NCBI GenBank assembly: GCA_030704615.1
Contig: CM060734.1
Span: 20,522,001 to 20,586,000 of the forward strand
DNA length: 64,000 nucleotides
Direction: 5' to 3'
Origin: Takakia lepidozioides
Lineage: Eukaryota > Plantae > Bryophyta
The notes below the pieces were generated by a model that saw only the letters and a list, made by a program, of their open reading frames with translations, was not told where the DNA came from and ran no database searches. Below, piece by piece: positions 38,394-49,393 of the stretch. Made by a program: the position numbers and the translations under genes. The number at the start of each line of letters is the position of its first letter. The stretch's first letter is position 1.

Positions 38394-38719
38394 TGTCAAG
38401 TTATTTTACCACTAGTGTGAAACTAGCTAGGAAATAGCTAGCTTTTACATATTGACATTTGGGATTGGCCCAAGTGTCAATCCAGGGGTCAAGGCAGATT
38501 TAGGCCCTGGAGTGGTTATCTTCACGGCAAGCGCGGGAGGCTCATCTTTCTCGAGTTGAGCCTCACCGCGCCTAGCTATGGCGCCGTAGTGTGGATTCCC
38601 ATGGCGTGGGGTGCACTTGGCTTGACTTGTATTTGAGTGATGAGGTTATATATGCATGAGTTTATGCTTCAGCTTTGTGAGCTCGCATGAGCTTGTGCTT
38701 GTATTCTTCCTCTTTATCA
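38394..38719 (+). repeat. Terminal repeat A1
   Basis: Nearly identical to 48879-49205 (one substitution and one 1-bp indel seen). Confidence 0.95.
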
Positions 38720-38735
38720 CTCGAGAAAGATGAGC
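38720..38735 (+). promoter_or_regulatory. Putative self-priming primer binding site
   Basis: CTCGAGAAAGATGAGC is the exact reverse complement of 38540-38555 inside A1; does not start TGG as tRNA-3'-end PBSs do. Confidence 0.8.
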
Positions 38736-40244
38736 TCGTATCTATGAGTGCTAGATACGAGTTAGTTGTAGCACTTGTGGTTTTTGCTTGAGAATGAGAG
38801 AAACCAAGTTGTTATGCAAGGAGCACCGTGGAGCTCTTGGTTGTTAGAAGCGGAGGCGATGTGGGTTACGAGGTGGTAAACCTTGGCATTCGATCTTCAG
38901 CTTCAGAGATGAAAGCACCATACTGCAGGTAATTCCAGAGCACCTTGATGGTTTCAGATTGTGTACATGCATGAGCAAGCACGATTGGGAAGAGGACCAG
39001 TCAAGAGCAGGTTATAGTGGCTTTGGTGGCAAAGCTGAGAACTGGACTTGGGAATGCGAGCTTTCATTGTGTGAAGGATTGCAAGACCAAGCGAAAGGGC
39101 TGATTTGGCTTGGGGCAAATCAGTGCACTTTGTGGAGTATGGTGAGATTGGGTTTCAATCTCGAGCTTCAGCATTGAGAGGGCTCTTGTCATGGCAGAGC
39201 AGGGCTGGAACAGGAGCTAAGAGGTGCGGCAAGGCCATGGAATGTGCACCTAGGGTTTCAGCTTGGAAGAAGAGCTCTTGCACCACAAGAGAAGTGTCTT
39301 GTGGCTGGAAATGTAAGCCTTAGGGTTTCAGGAGCTTGGCAAAGGCTATGGAGTGCTTAGTCTTGTCTAGAGAGCATCAAGGAGCCAAGGAGCCAAGATA
39401 GGGGGCTGATATCTCTTGTGTGAAGAGGTTGCATGTGTGGAGCATGTATTCAGCTCATTGAAGCTTCCATCTTCAAGCTTGGAGGGCAAGCAAGGAAGAG
39501 GGAAGGGCTGACTTCCCTTATGTGAGGGCAATGTATGTGTGGAGCATGCTATCAGCCTGGTGAAGGCTTGCACTTTTAGGTGTGGGAGTGCAAGAAAGGA
39601 AGGAAGGGGCTGGTTTTCCCTGTAGGGCATGTAGAGCATGCTTTCAGCCTGCTGAAGCTTGTATTTTCAGGTTTGTGGGTGCAAGAAATGAAGCAAAGGA
39701 GCTGATTCTCTTATGGTGAGAGTGGGGCATGTGTGGAGCATGCCTTCAGCCCATTGAGGCTCTTGTTTTCAAGCCTTAGAGAGCTAGAACGGAAGGTCTA
39801 GGGCTGGTTTCCACTTGGAGTGAAAGAAAAGCACTTGTAGGGCCTATGTGAGTTGGGGTTTCAACTTCAAGCTTGAAGGGAGCGCAACTCTTGAAGCAAC
39901 AGGTGTAGAGGGCTGGAATAGGCTCTAAGACAGATGCTATGGCCAATGAGAGTGCTTGAATGAGTGCTCACAAGGGCTGGGAACCAGCAGGGCTTGGTTG
40001 TTTGCCATTGAGTTTAGTGGCGTGTTTGGGGAGGCTAAGTGAGAAAGAAGGCTTGGTTTGTGGCAACCACCTCATGGCTTAGGGCTACTATGGTGGTGTG
40101 GGGAGCCGAAAGAGCAAGGATACCTTGCTGATTTCCTCACAGCCACCATAGCTCGGTGGAAAGAAGCCTAGAGTCCAAGAGACACAAACCCTAGCTTGGC
40201 GTGGCTAAACCCCTTGGAGAAATGGCTAAACTGCCAGAGCGGCC

Positions 40245-40960
40245 ATGACAGGCTGTGGCAAGCTGTGTGTGGAACGGGCTGTGTGTGTGGGCTGTGATGG
40301 GCTGTGACAGGCTGTGTGCCCTGTGGGGCTGTGATGTTTGTGGGGGGGCTGTGACAGGCTGTGTGGAGGGCTGTGAGGGGCTGTGGACCTGTGACAGGCT
40401 GTGCCCTGTGCCTGTGGGGCTGTGACGGGCTGAGGGAAGGCTGTGGGGTGCTGTGAGGCACGGGCTGTGAGGGGCTGTGACAAATGTGTGAGTGTGGGGG
40501 CTGTGACGGGCTGTGAGGGCTGTGACAGGACTGTGACGGGCTGTGTGTGACAAAGGGCTGTGCAACAGGCCGTGCTGGCCTTTGGGGCTGTGACGGGCTG
40601 TGAACAAGGGGGCTGTGACGGGCTGCTGTGTGTGGCCTTTGGGGCTGTGACGGGCTGTGAGGGGCTGTGACAGGCAGGCCTTTGGGGCTGTGACGGGCTG
40701 TGAGGGGCTGTGCCTGAGGCCTTTGGGGCTGTGAGGCTGTGACAGGCCGTGCCTGAGGCCTACGGGCTGTGAGGGCTGTGACTGAACTGTGTGTGAGGGG
40801 GGCTGTGACGGGCTGTGAAACTGCTGTGGAATGTGAAAGGCTGTGTGTGAACAGGCTGTGCCCACCTGTGGGACTGTGACGGCTGTGACCAGTGAGCTGT
40901 GTGGGCCTGTGCTGGTCTGTGTGGCCCGTGTTGACCTGTGGATGGCCTGTGCTGACTGTG
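40245..40960 (+). repeat. Degenerate GGCTGTGA minisatellite in the 5' leader of copy B
   Basis: Dozens of ggctgtga/ggctgtg units. Confidence 0.9.
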
Positions 40961-41179
40961 GAGGCACTGGTGGACTAAGGACTGGCATGTGGTCTGGAAG
41001 GCCGAATTTCTCGTGGAGGGCGGTTTGAGGAGTATCTTCATGATATTCCCATGGTCATGCAAGTTCAGGTTAGGCTATGTTAGGAACTTAGTATTCCAAA
41101 CCATAAGCCGCAACAGGTTCTCTACCGGTTACCTTGTGGAGAGGGGGTTAGGGACATGTTCATGACCGGTTGAGTCAAC

Positions 41180-43720
41180 ACGGAGGTGCCACTAGTTGCT
41201 GGGGACAGTGCCGGTTCGAGCACTAGCGATACTAGTGGGTACACGAGACGAGGTGTGCGGTTTAGGCCACCTTCACCTCCTGTGTCTTCCACGGAAGGTT
41301 CTGATTCGGATTGTGAATCAGGAGGACTCATACCGGCGGTGCAAGTTGTTTCTTTGCCATTTGTGGGACACAATGGAGGAGATGTATGGAGCTACCAAGG
41401 GGCCACGAAGGTACTCTGGGGCGGTGGGCACCATCGAGTTGGATGATTTTATCCAAGAGTTTGATAGTTGGTGTGATTTGCAGCAAATGCGCAATCCACA
41501 ACTATTTACGCCTTCATGGCATGGAAAGGGCTGTTTCAGCACCTTGAGGGGCCGCCTATGGATGATTACCATGAGTTCAGGCGGGGGCATGAGGTTGAGA
41601 TCGAGGAGTGGAGGATGTACTGGTCACCCGACTATGTCTCCATCACTAGGGGCACTAGAGCCACGAGGGCAGTGGCTACACCTGCCGCTGCACCGGCAGC
41701 TTCAGCAAGCCAGTGGGACTGGTGGTACAGTAGCTACGACGTCCACCCAAGCCACTACCGCACCAGCACTAGCACCCGTGCCTGCCTTCAACCCTGTTGT
41801 GGAGTTCTTCGAAGAGTTGAGAGGGAACTACCAAGGGGTGAGGACAGAGAAGTTGCGGAGCTTGCAAGAGTTCCAACGGAAGCCGACCGAGAGCTTGAGG
41901 GAGGCTTTCACTCGCATGAGGCGCTTGATAAATGTAACCCAAGGGGTTACGGAAGCTCAGGCAGTCCAATTCTGGTATGGGATATTGGACAAGGAGCTGA
42001 GGAGAAGGGTGCGGGATGCAACTCTCCTACAAGCGGCCCAACCCACCTTAGCAAATGTGTTTTTGCTGGCAGAGCGGATAGAGCTCAACATGGTGGAGGA
42101 ACGAGTGGTCATGGTGGGATTTGCTAAGGAGACACCACGGGGTAGTGGTGCTCCTAGCCAACCACTACCTCAACGTGCTCAAGGCAACAAGGGGGCTCAG
42201 GTGAAGCTCAGGGAAGGGCAGAGAGGACCTCAGATGCAGGGGTCTCTCCCTTCATTTGCTGGCCAACAACGGGCGGATGTGGTGTGCTGGACATGTGGAG
42301 GACCCCATGTCAAGAAGGATTGCCCAGAGGGAGGCAAAGGGCGGCACATGCACAGCCTGCACAGTTGCAGTGTGGGCATTGTGGCAAGCACGGGCATGGA
42401 GAGGCCCAGTGTTATGGTTTGCATCCTGAGTTGCGCCCAGGCCAGTTCCAAGGGAACATGGTGGCCGGGGGCGAGGTGGAGCAGCCCAGAGAGGACGAGG
42501 CCAGCCACGAGGTGCAGGCCAAGGGCAAGCTCAACGTGGCCAAGGACGCGGAGGTCAGGGTGTTGACCAAGGCATGGCCAACCGGCTTCAGCAGCTAGAG
42601 CAGAGGCTCGCTGCCATGGCTACAGCTCAGGTGGTACCGCTCTAAGGCCGGATGGTCCACCTCCTGCTCCTGAGGAGGAGATATGGGAGGCATGGGATTC
42701 ATGTGTGGAGCAGCACTACCACTAGTGCAGGTGGAGTCTGCTGCAGCCGTGACTCGAGGAGCAGCACGAGTTCCTGAGCCACGAGGTGCAGAGGTGGAGT
42801 TGGATCCACAGCGTGGGGAGGCAAGCCGTCAGGCTAGGCTTCCTCAGTCATTCACATTGGCGGAGACAGTGTCGACGCCATCCATGGCACCTAGTTCTCG
42901 CCCGACTGTTACCGAGGCGGAGGTTACTATGCCATTGGGGAGAGCTACACGGGTAGCACCACTACCTAGTGTTGCCAAGGCTACGGCAGCTAGTGTGCTG
43001 CTAGGAGCGGCCACATCTGTGTGCCAGGCTCCATTGTTCTCGGCTACCATGATTGCGACGCCGGGGGTAAGACCAGCTGAGGTGTTCAGGCTGGCAGCTA
43101 CACTCTGTGAGAGTGGGGAGGTTACTTCATCTTCTGCGGAGATAGTGGGAGGTGTAGTGCCGGAGGGATCCTCGGATTTGAGGGTCAAGACTGCCACGGC
43201 GGCGCCATGGCAAGCTGCAGCTGCCAGGTTGATGGAGCTGCCAGCTAGGCCAGCCATTGAGCGCGCCATGGTGACACCTGGAGTTGTCATGTTAGACAAC
43301 CAGGATGGCATTTTCTGTTTGAGTGGACCGGCAGGCAAGAGGTACCGGCCACTGCGGTCTTGTTGGACTCGGGAGCTCAGCCATTGATGCTGGGCAGAGC
43401 TGCTATTGCAGGCTTGGGCCTCACGGAGGCGGATATGGAGCCTTGTCCTTTCCAGATACAGACGTCTCTGGGAGGATCGGAGCAGGCTCGGGGCATGACA
43501 CGGCGTGAGTTGGCTATCAGACTACGGCCGGATCACCCTACAGATGGCTCAGTGATGCGAGCCAAGGCCATTGTGACAGACGCAGTCTCATACGATGTCC
43601 TGGTTGGTGGGGCAGTGTTGTACCCCATGGGCTTCACCCTGGATTTTTGGGAGGAGTCAGCTTCCTATAGGCCTGCATGGCAGTCAGGGGAGGGCCGGCG
43701 TGTGCAGCTCCCTGTGACGT
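41180..43720 (+). pseudogene. gag (two CCHC knuckles) and aspartic protease of copy B, split by frameshifts
   Basis: ELDDFIQEFDSW; FQRKPTESLREAFTRM; CWTCGGPHVKKDC; CGHCGKHGHGEAQC; LDSGAQ...YDVLVG. Confidence 0.9.
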
Positions 43721-44069
43721 TCATAGGAGGAGTTGCGGTTGCCCAGCGAGGCAAGATGCCGACACTAGCAGCATTCACAGCGGCAGTGAGTTGGCCTAGA
43801 GAGTTGCTTGAGGGCAATGCTCATTCAGAGGATGTACCACCTCCGGAGAGCAGGATGACATGTATGGTATGGCGGAGTTGCCTACCATGGTTGCTCAGAC
43901 TCCATTGTGGGGCACGAGCAAGGATTTGCAGCGGGATGCTGATCGACGGGTGCAACAAGCCTGGGTGGAGGCTTTTGTACCGTCAGGAGAGGAGGAGAGT
44001 GTGGGGATTGCACCAGGACCACCTCAATTGTCTCCATTGGACACCACACCTATTGTGTGGCAGTATCCG

Positions 44070-45020
44070 GATGAAGGCATTTGTCTTCTGGACTTGTTTG
44101 GCGGGATCAGCACCGGATTGGCTGCTGTGTTACAGGCAGGTGTACGAGTTCGGCGTTACCTGTATGTGGAGAGGGATGAGACTGCACGACGCGTCACTTC
44201 GCCATGTTGCTCAGTTGGTGCAGCGGTACCCTGAGTTGTTGTCGGTGTCTGCAATTCGTGGATATCAGCAGGCCTTGCCAGCAGACATTTCGTTGCTGGG
44301 GGCGCAGGATTTGGAGCGGTTGGCTCCATTGATCTGGTAGTGGCAGGTTGGCCCTGCCAAGGGCATTCATCAGCCGGGCATGGCAATGGATTGCGAGACT
44401 CGAGGTCGGGTCTGTTTTGGGAGATGGTGCGGGTTTTGCGCCACTTGCAGCTTCATCAAGCTGTATCTCCAGCATACATCTTGGAGAATGTGCCACTGAT
44501 GGGCGATTCTCGGGCCAGGGTGATGGCCAGTGTGCATCAAGTCCGGTCGTGGCTTGGGTCAGCAGTGTTGCTAGATGCAGCTACAGTGGGGTCACGGGCT
44601 CATCGTCCACGGCTATGGTGGACTAACTTGATGCCACCCGCACTGCTCAAGCGTGCATTTGATGGGGTGCAGCGGCCAGCACATCTCACAGTGGATAACA
44701 TTCACACAGGGAGGCAGTCTCAGTGTGAGACACGATGACCGTTCGCCTTTGGCAGTGGTCAACAAGGTGGGTCAACCACGAGCAGCATTACCTACACTGC
44801 TCAGCTTCCCAGGATCGCATGCTTTCCGGGATAGTGGACCTGGCCTCCTGTGGGATGCTCAGTTGCAGCAGTTAGTGGAGCCTAATGCTGACGAGCGTGA
44901 GCGGGCAATGGGTTTTACCACTGGTACCACGGCGGTGTCGTCTCTTTCTGAGGCATCACGTCGTCAAGTGTTGGGGCAAGCAATGGATCTCAATTGCTTG
45001 ACCTGGATTATCAGCTTGGC
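44070..45020 (+). pseudogene. DNMT3-like DNA (cytosine-5) methyltransferase domain within pol
   Basis: ICLLDLFGGISTG, YLYVERD, VAGWPCQGHS, SGLFWEMVRVL, YILENV, AHRPRLWWTNL, ERERAMGF, RRQVLGQAM; catalytic PC intact; small frameshifts. Confidence 0.93.
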
Positions 45021-45474
45021 TCTGCTGAGCAACGCAGAGTGCGGAATACACTTCCCTCAATGGTCTCTCTGCCTACCGAGACGGTACAGGCAGTGAGTGG
45101 GGGCGAGCATGTGAGGACCACGGGGTGCATGCATCCATGGCACACGTGGGAGGTGCTCGAGGTTCAGAGGGAGTTGGCAGCCAAGGCGGCTGTGATGGAT
45201 GAGGTTGGGGATTCTTCTCGGTTGAGGAGGTCCTCAAGGATGAGATGATGGGGCAGGATGAGGCCTTGTCATTGACTGAGCAGGTAGGGAGTACTGCTCA
45301 AGAGGTTGCAGCATAGCAACCACGGACGCGTCCTCTACCTCTAAGCCCACTGGACTTAAGGTTGTAGTTACGGAGGACAATTGGGAGCCTGACATTGGAC
45401 CCATTGTCACCGGAGGAGAGAGACGACGTATACGGCGGTTCCTGAGGGCTTACAGGAATTGCTTTGCCTTCAGT

Positions 45475-46800
45475 TTGAAGGACTTGGGAGCACTGAAGGG
45501 TCAAGAGATCCGTATTGAGTTGGCCACTGACACGCCAATCTTTCGGAGACCCTATAGATACAGTGACATGGAGAGGTCTTTGATTCAGATGAGGACTCAA
45601 GATCTCTGGGAGGCAGGTTTGGTGGAGCTCTCTGGTGGAGAGTATGCTTCAGCCACAGTGATGCCAGCCAAGAAGGATGTCTATGGCAATTGGACGGAGA
45701 GACGTATGTGCGGTGATTACCGGCCTGTAAATCGTCAGACCAAGTCCGATAAGTATGCCATGCCAACACCAGAGGAGATCTTTGATGCCATCGGGCATGC
45801 TAAGGCCTTTAGCACTTTGGATTTACGATCCGGATATCACCAGTTGCCAATCAAGGAGGCGGACAAGCAGAAGACGGCATTCTGGGGGATCAATGAGCAC
45901 GGCAAGGATTGCCTATATCAGTGGCGGTTCTTACCATTTGGGCTTAAGAATGCTCCTGCAGAGTTTCAGAGAGTCATGGATAGGATTCTAGCAGGGGTGG
46001 ACTTTGCTCGGTGCTACATAGATGACATCATCATCTTTAGTGTTACGATGGAGGAGCATGAGAGACACCTTCAGGTGGTATTGGAGCGCTTGAGAGCGCA
46101 CGGATTGAAGTTGCATCCGGGAAGTGCAAGTTTTTCCACAACCAGATTGAGTATCTGGGTCACATGATATATCCTGGAGGATTGGGGGTACAGCAGACTA
46201 AGGTAGAGGCCATTGCACAAATTCCACGCCCCACGGATGTGAGCCGAGTTCGAGCTTTCATGGGGTTGGCAAACTATTATAGACGGTTTGTCAAGGGATT
46301 TAGTACCATTGCAAAGGCTCTAACCAAGCTGACCAAGGTGGACCAGGAGTGGCAGTGGGAAGATGAGCAGGAACGAGCTTTTCAAGAGCTCAAGGCGAGG
46401 TTGACCTCGGCGCCTATCTTGAGACGACCTATCAGGGGGCGTCCCTTTCAGCTGCATACGGATTGGAGCATGCTGGGGCTTGGAGCGGTGCTCACACAGG
46501 TGGATGATGAGGGAAGAGAGTTCGTAGTGGCTTACGCTAGCCGCTCGAACAACGCTGCAGAGGCTAAGTACAGCTCATATGAGGGAGAGTGCTTAGCTGC
46601 AGTGTGGGCCGTGGCACACTTCAGGTGCTATCTATACGGCAATCTTTTCACCCTTGTCACGGATCACCAGCCACTCAAGTGGTTGATGGAGTCAGACAAG
46701 CTTACGGGAAGCTTGCACGGTGGGCACTTATACTCCAGGAGTATGACTTTCAGGTTGTGCATCGACCGGGTTTGGTCAATCGGGATGCGGATGGATTGAG
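45475..46800 (+). pseudogene. Reverse transcriptase and RNase H of copy B
   Basis: CGDYRPVN, LDLRSGYHQ, PFGLKNAP, YIDD; TDWS, EGECLA, TDHQPL. Confidence 0.96.
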
Positions 46801-47194
46801 TCGCAATCCATGCATGAGCCAGCAGGATGACACTGGAGCTCGGTGGCATGGTGAGACGGACGAGGAGATGGTGCCGGGATGGCACGCATCTGCATTTTTG
46901 TGTATCTTGGCATCGGGAGGTCAGATTGGACCTACAACAGGGATGACTGTAGACGGAGTGTCTGAGGACCCTGAGGCTAGTGATGAGCTAGGTGGTGCCA
47001 GAGATATACAGGATTCGGCTGTGTTGGACTACCTCCGCACGGGAGACACGGCAGCCATTGTGACTGCCAGGGAGAGGGATCGGATCCTGCAACGAGCCAA
47101 GAGGTTCAAGTGGGAGGGGATACACCTACTTCGAGTGTGGGAGGATGGTCGGGTGAGGATTGTGCCTCACCCCACACAGCGTGCACGGTTAGTG

Positions 47195-48290
47195 CGGCAT
47201 GCCCATGAGGAGTTGGGGCATTTTGGAGTGCGACGCACTCACAGTTTACTGCAGGGGCAGTATTGGTGGCGTGGTATGCATACAGAGGTGCAACAGTTTG
47301 TGGCTAGGTGCATGGTGTGTGACAGGGTGCGTGCTTCATTCAACGCCCCTACACCACAGTTGCATCCTTTACCAATCATGGGATTGGGCTACAGGTGGAG
47401 TCTTGACTTCGCAGGACCGTTGCCACTGACTATGCGCCACCACAGATATGTGTTGGTGATGGTGGAGCACTTCTCCAAGTGGATTGAGTTGGTTCCATTG
47501 CCTGACAAGGCTAGTGAGGGGGCTGCGTATGCATTCTTGGATCGTGTGCTTAGCCGATTTGGTGCTCCAGCTGAGGTACTCACGGACCAAGGGAGAGAGT
47601 TCTTGGGGGAGTTTCAGGCTTTGTGTGATAAAGCCTTGATAGACCACCGCACCACTTCTCGGGATCATCCTGAGGCCGATGGCTTAGCAGAGAGAGTTGT
47701 TCAGACGGTGAAGAGGGGTTTGCGCAAGTATGGCTTGCAGAAGGGACACCTAGGAGATTGGGATCTTCAGGTTCCTTGGTTAGCCATGGGCTACAGGTTC
47801 AGCAAACAAGCATCACTTGCCTCCTTCTCACCATATTTCCTTCTCTTTGGCCGAGAGCCGGATTTGCCTGCAGCCATTCGTAGGGACACTGCTCAAGTCC
47901 TTAACCTTGACGATCCGGACGTGTGGGTACGTGCATGTGATCAGCGTGCAGAGTTGTTCAAGAAAGTCATGCCCATGGCTTTTGAGAACCTTGCCATTGC
48001 ACAGCACCGTGATACGTTGAGGTATGCCACTATACGTGGTGGAGGATATCGTCCTGGGGTTCGGAGGTTTAGCCCTGGTGACTATGTTTATTTGCAGCAG
48101 ACTGCTCCTACGACTCTGGATGTTACTGCAGGGCGTGTTATTCTGAGGGTTCGAGAGGTGTTGCCCTCAGGGGTCCTGATCTTGAGGGTCGGGATGGCAT
48201 GACTTGGAAGACCATGTGCGTAATTGTGCGCCATGTCACCTTCCCAATGTCGATGGCAGAGTTGACCCAAACTTGGCAGTGGTACCTGCA
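47195..48290 (+). CDS. Integrase domain (HHCC plus DDE) of copy B
   Basis: HAHEELGHFG, CMVC, SLDFAGPL, LTDQGREF, DGLAERVVQTVK in ORF 46589-48202. Confidence 0.93.
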
Positions 48291-48298
48291 GGTTTGAG

Positions 48299-48443
48299 GT
48301 GCATGCTCTGTGGGTCTGCCAAAGGGGCAGCCACCATGCTGGTGTGTGATCGATGCTCAAGGGGTTGGCATATGGGATGCTTGACACCACCTCTTGAGAA
48401 GGTTCCTGACGGAGATTGGTTGTGTCCACACTGCTTGGGATAG
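48299..48443 (+). CDS. PHD finger at the integrase C-terminus
   Basis: C4HC3 pattern CMLC..LVCDRC...[23 protein letters not shown]. Confidence 0.92.
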
Positions 48444-48690
48444 TGGCAGTGGACATGACTGGAGGCAGCTAACAAGACATGGGAGGCCAAGCTCATAGGA
48501 GTCAATACATGAGATCCCAAGCTCAAGTTCACAGGTTGCAAGACGGCGACTAACGATGGGGCAACTCTTGCACCCGGCCTCTTGATCTATCGAGTTTGAG
48601 TGTAGTAGGGAGTGGTGGAGGACTTAGTGAGGCTATGGTCACTATCACATCTTGTGGCTACCTGGACTTAGAGGGACCTAAGCACCAGCT

Positions 48691-48700
48691 AGGGGGGCGA
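48691..48700 (+). promoter_or_regulatory. Polypurine tract
   Basis: AGGGGGGCGA immediately before the TG that starts repeat B1. Confidence 0.7.
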
Positions 48701-48701
48701 T

Positions 48702-49393
48702 TGTGTGGACTAGTGACTGCCATAGTGGGCAGCATAGTGGCAGCCTAGTGACTGACTAGTTGTAGCCTAGTGGTTGGACTAGTGGTGACTAGTGGTATAC
48801 TAGTGTGTGGTGTGCACATGTGTTGTGTGGTTTTGGACAGCGATGTAGTTGTGTAGCGATATGTATGCGCACGACAGCTGTCAAGTTATTTTACCACTAG
48901 TGTGAAACTAGCTAGGAAATAGCTAGCTTTTACATATTGACATTTGGGATTGGCCCAAGTGTCAATCCAGGGGTCAAGGCAGATTTAGGCCCTGGAGTGG
49001 TTATCTTCACGGCAAGCGCGGGAGGCTCATCTTTCTCGAGTTGAGCCTCACCGCGCCTAGCTATGGCGCCGTAGTGTGGATTCCCCATGGCGTGGGGTGC
49101 ACTTGGCTTGACTTGTATTTGAGTGATGAGGTTATATATGCATGAGTTTATGCTTCAGCTTTGTGAGCTCGCATGAGCTTGTGCTTGTATTCTTCTTCTT
49201 TATCATTGTGTGGACTAGTGACTGCCATAGTGGGCAGCATAGTGGCAGCCTAGTGACTGACTAGTTGTAGCCTAGTGGTTGGACTAGTGTTGGACTAGTG
49301 GTAGACTAGTGGTATACTAGTGTGTGGTGTGCACATGTGTTGTGTGGTTTTGGACAGCGATGTAGTTGTGTAGCGATATGTATGCGCACGACA
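48702..49393 (+). repeat. 3' terminal repeat block B1-GC-A2-T-B2
   Basis: B1 48702-48876 matches B2 49207-49393; A2 48879-49205 matches A1. Confidence 0.95.

Larger units (their letters stand above)
38394..49393 (+). mobile_element. Full-length (11.0 kb) DNMT- and PHD-encoding Ty3/Gypsy-type retrotransposon with split direct repeats (copy B)
   Basis: Ends TGTC...GACA; TGTA duplicated at 38390-38393 and 49394-49397; repeat order A1 38394-38719 ... B1 48702-48876, A2 48879-49205, B2 49207-49393; PR-RT-RH-INT order. Confidence 0.95.

Noticed and set aside
40191-40988. 265-aa ORF rich in TARHSP repeats
   Set aside because: Translation of the GGCTGTGA minisatellite; no sign of a real protein.
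38394-49393. Classification as a DIRS/Ngaro tyrosine-recombinase element because of the split repeats and a methyltransferase
   Set aside because: It encodes a protease and an HHCC-DDE integrase and has a TSD; no YR motif was seen; the MTase is C5-type, not the adenine MTase of DIRS.
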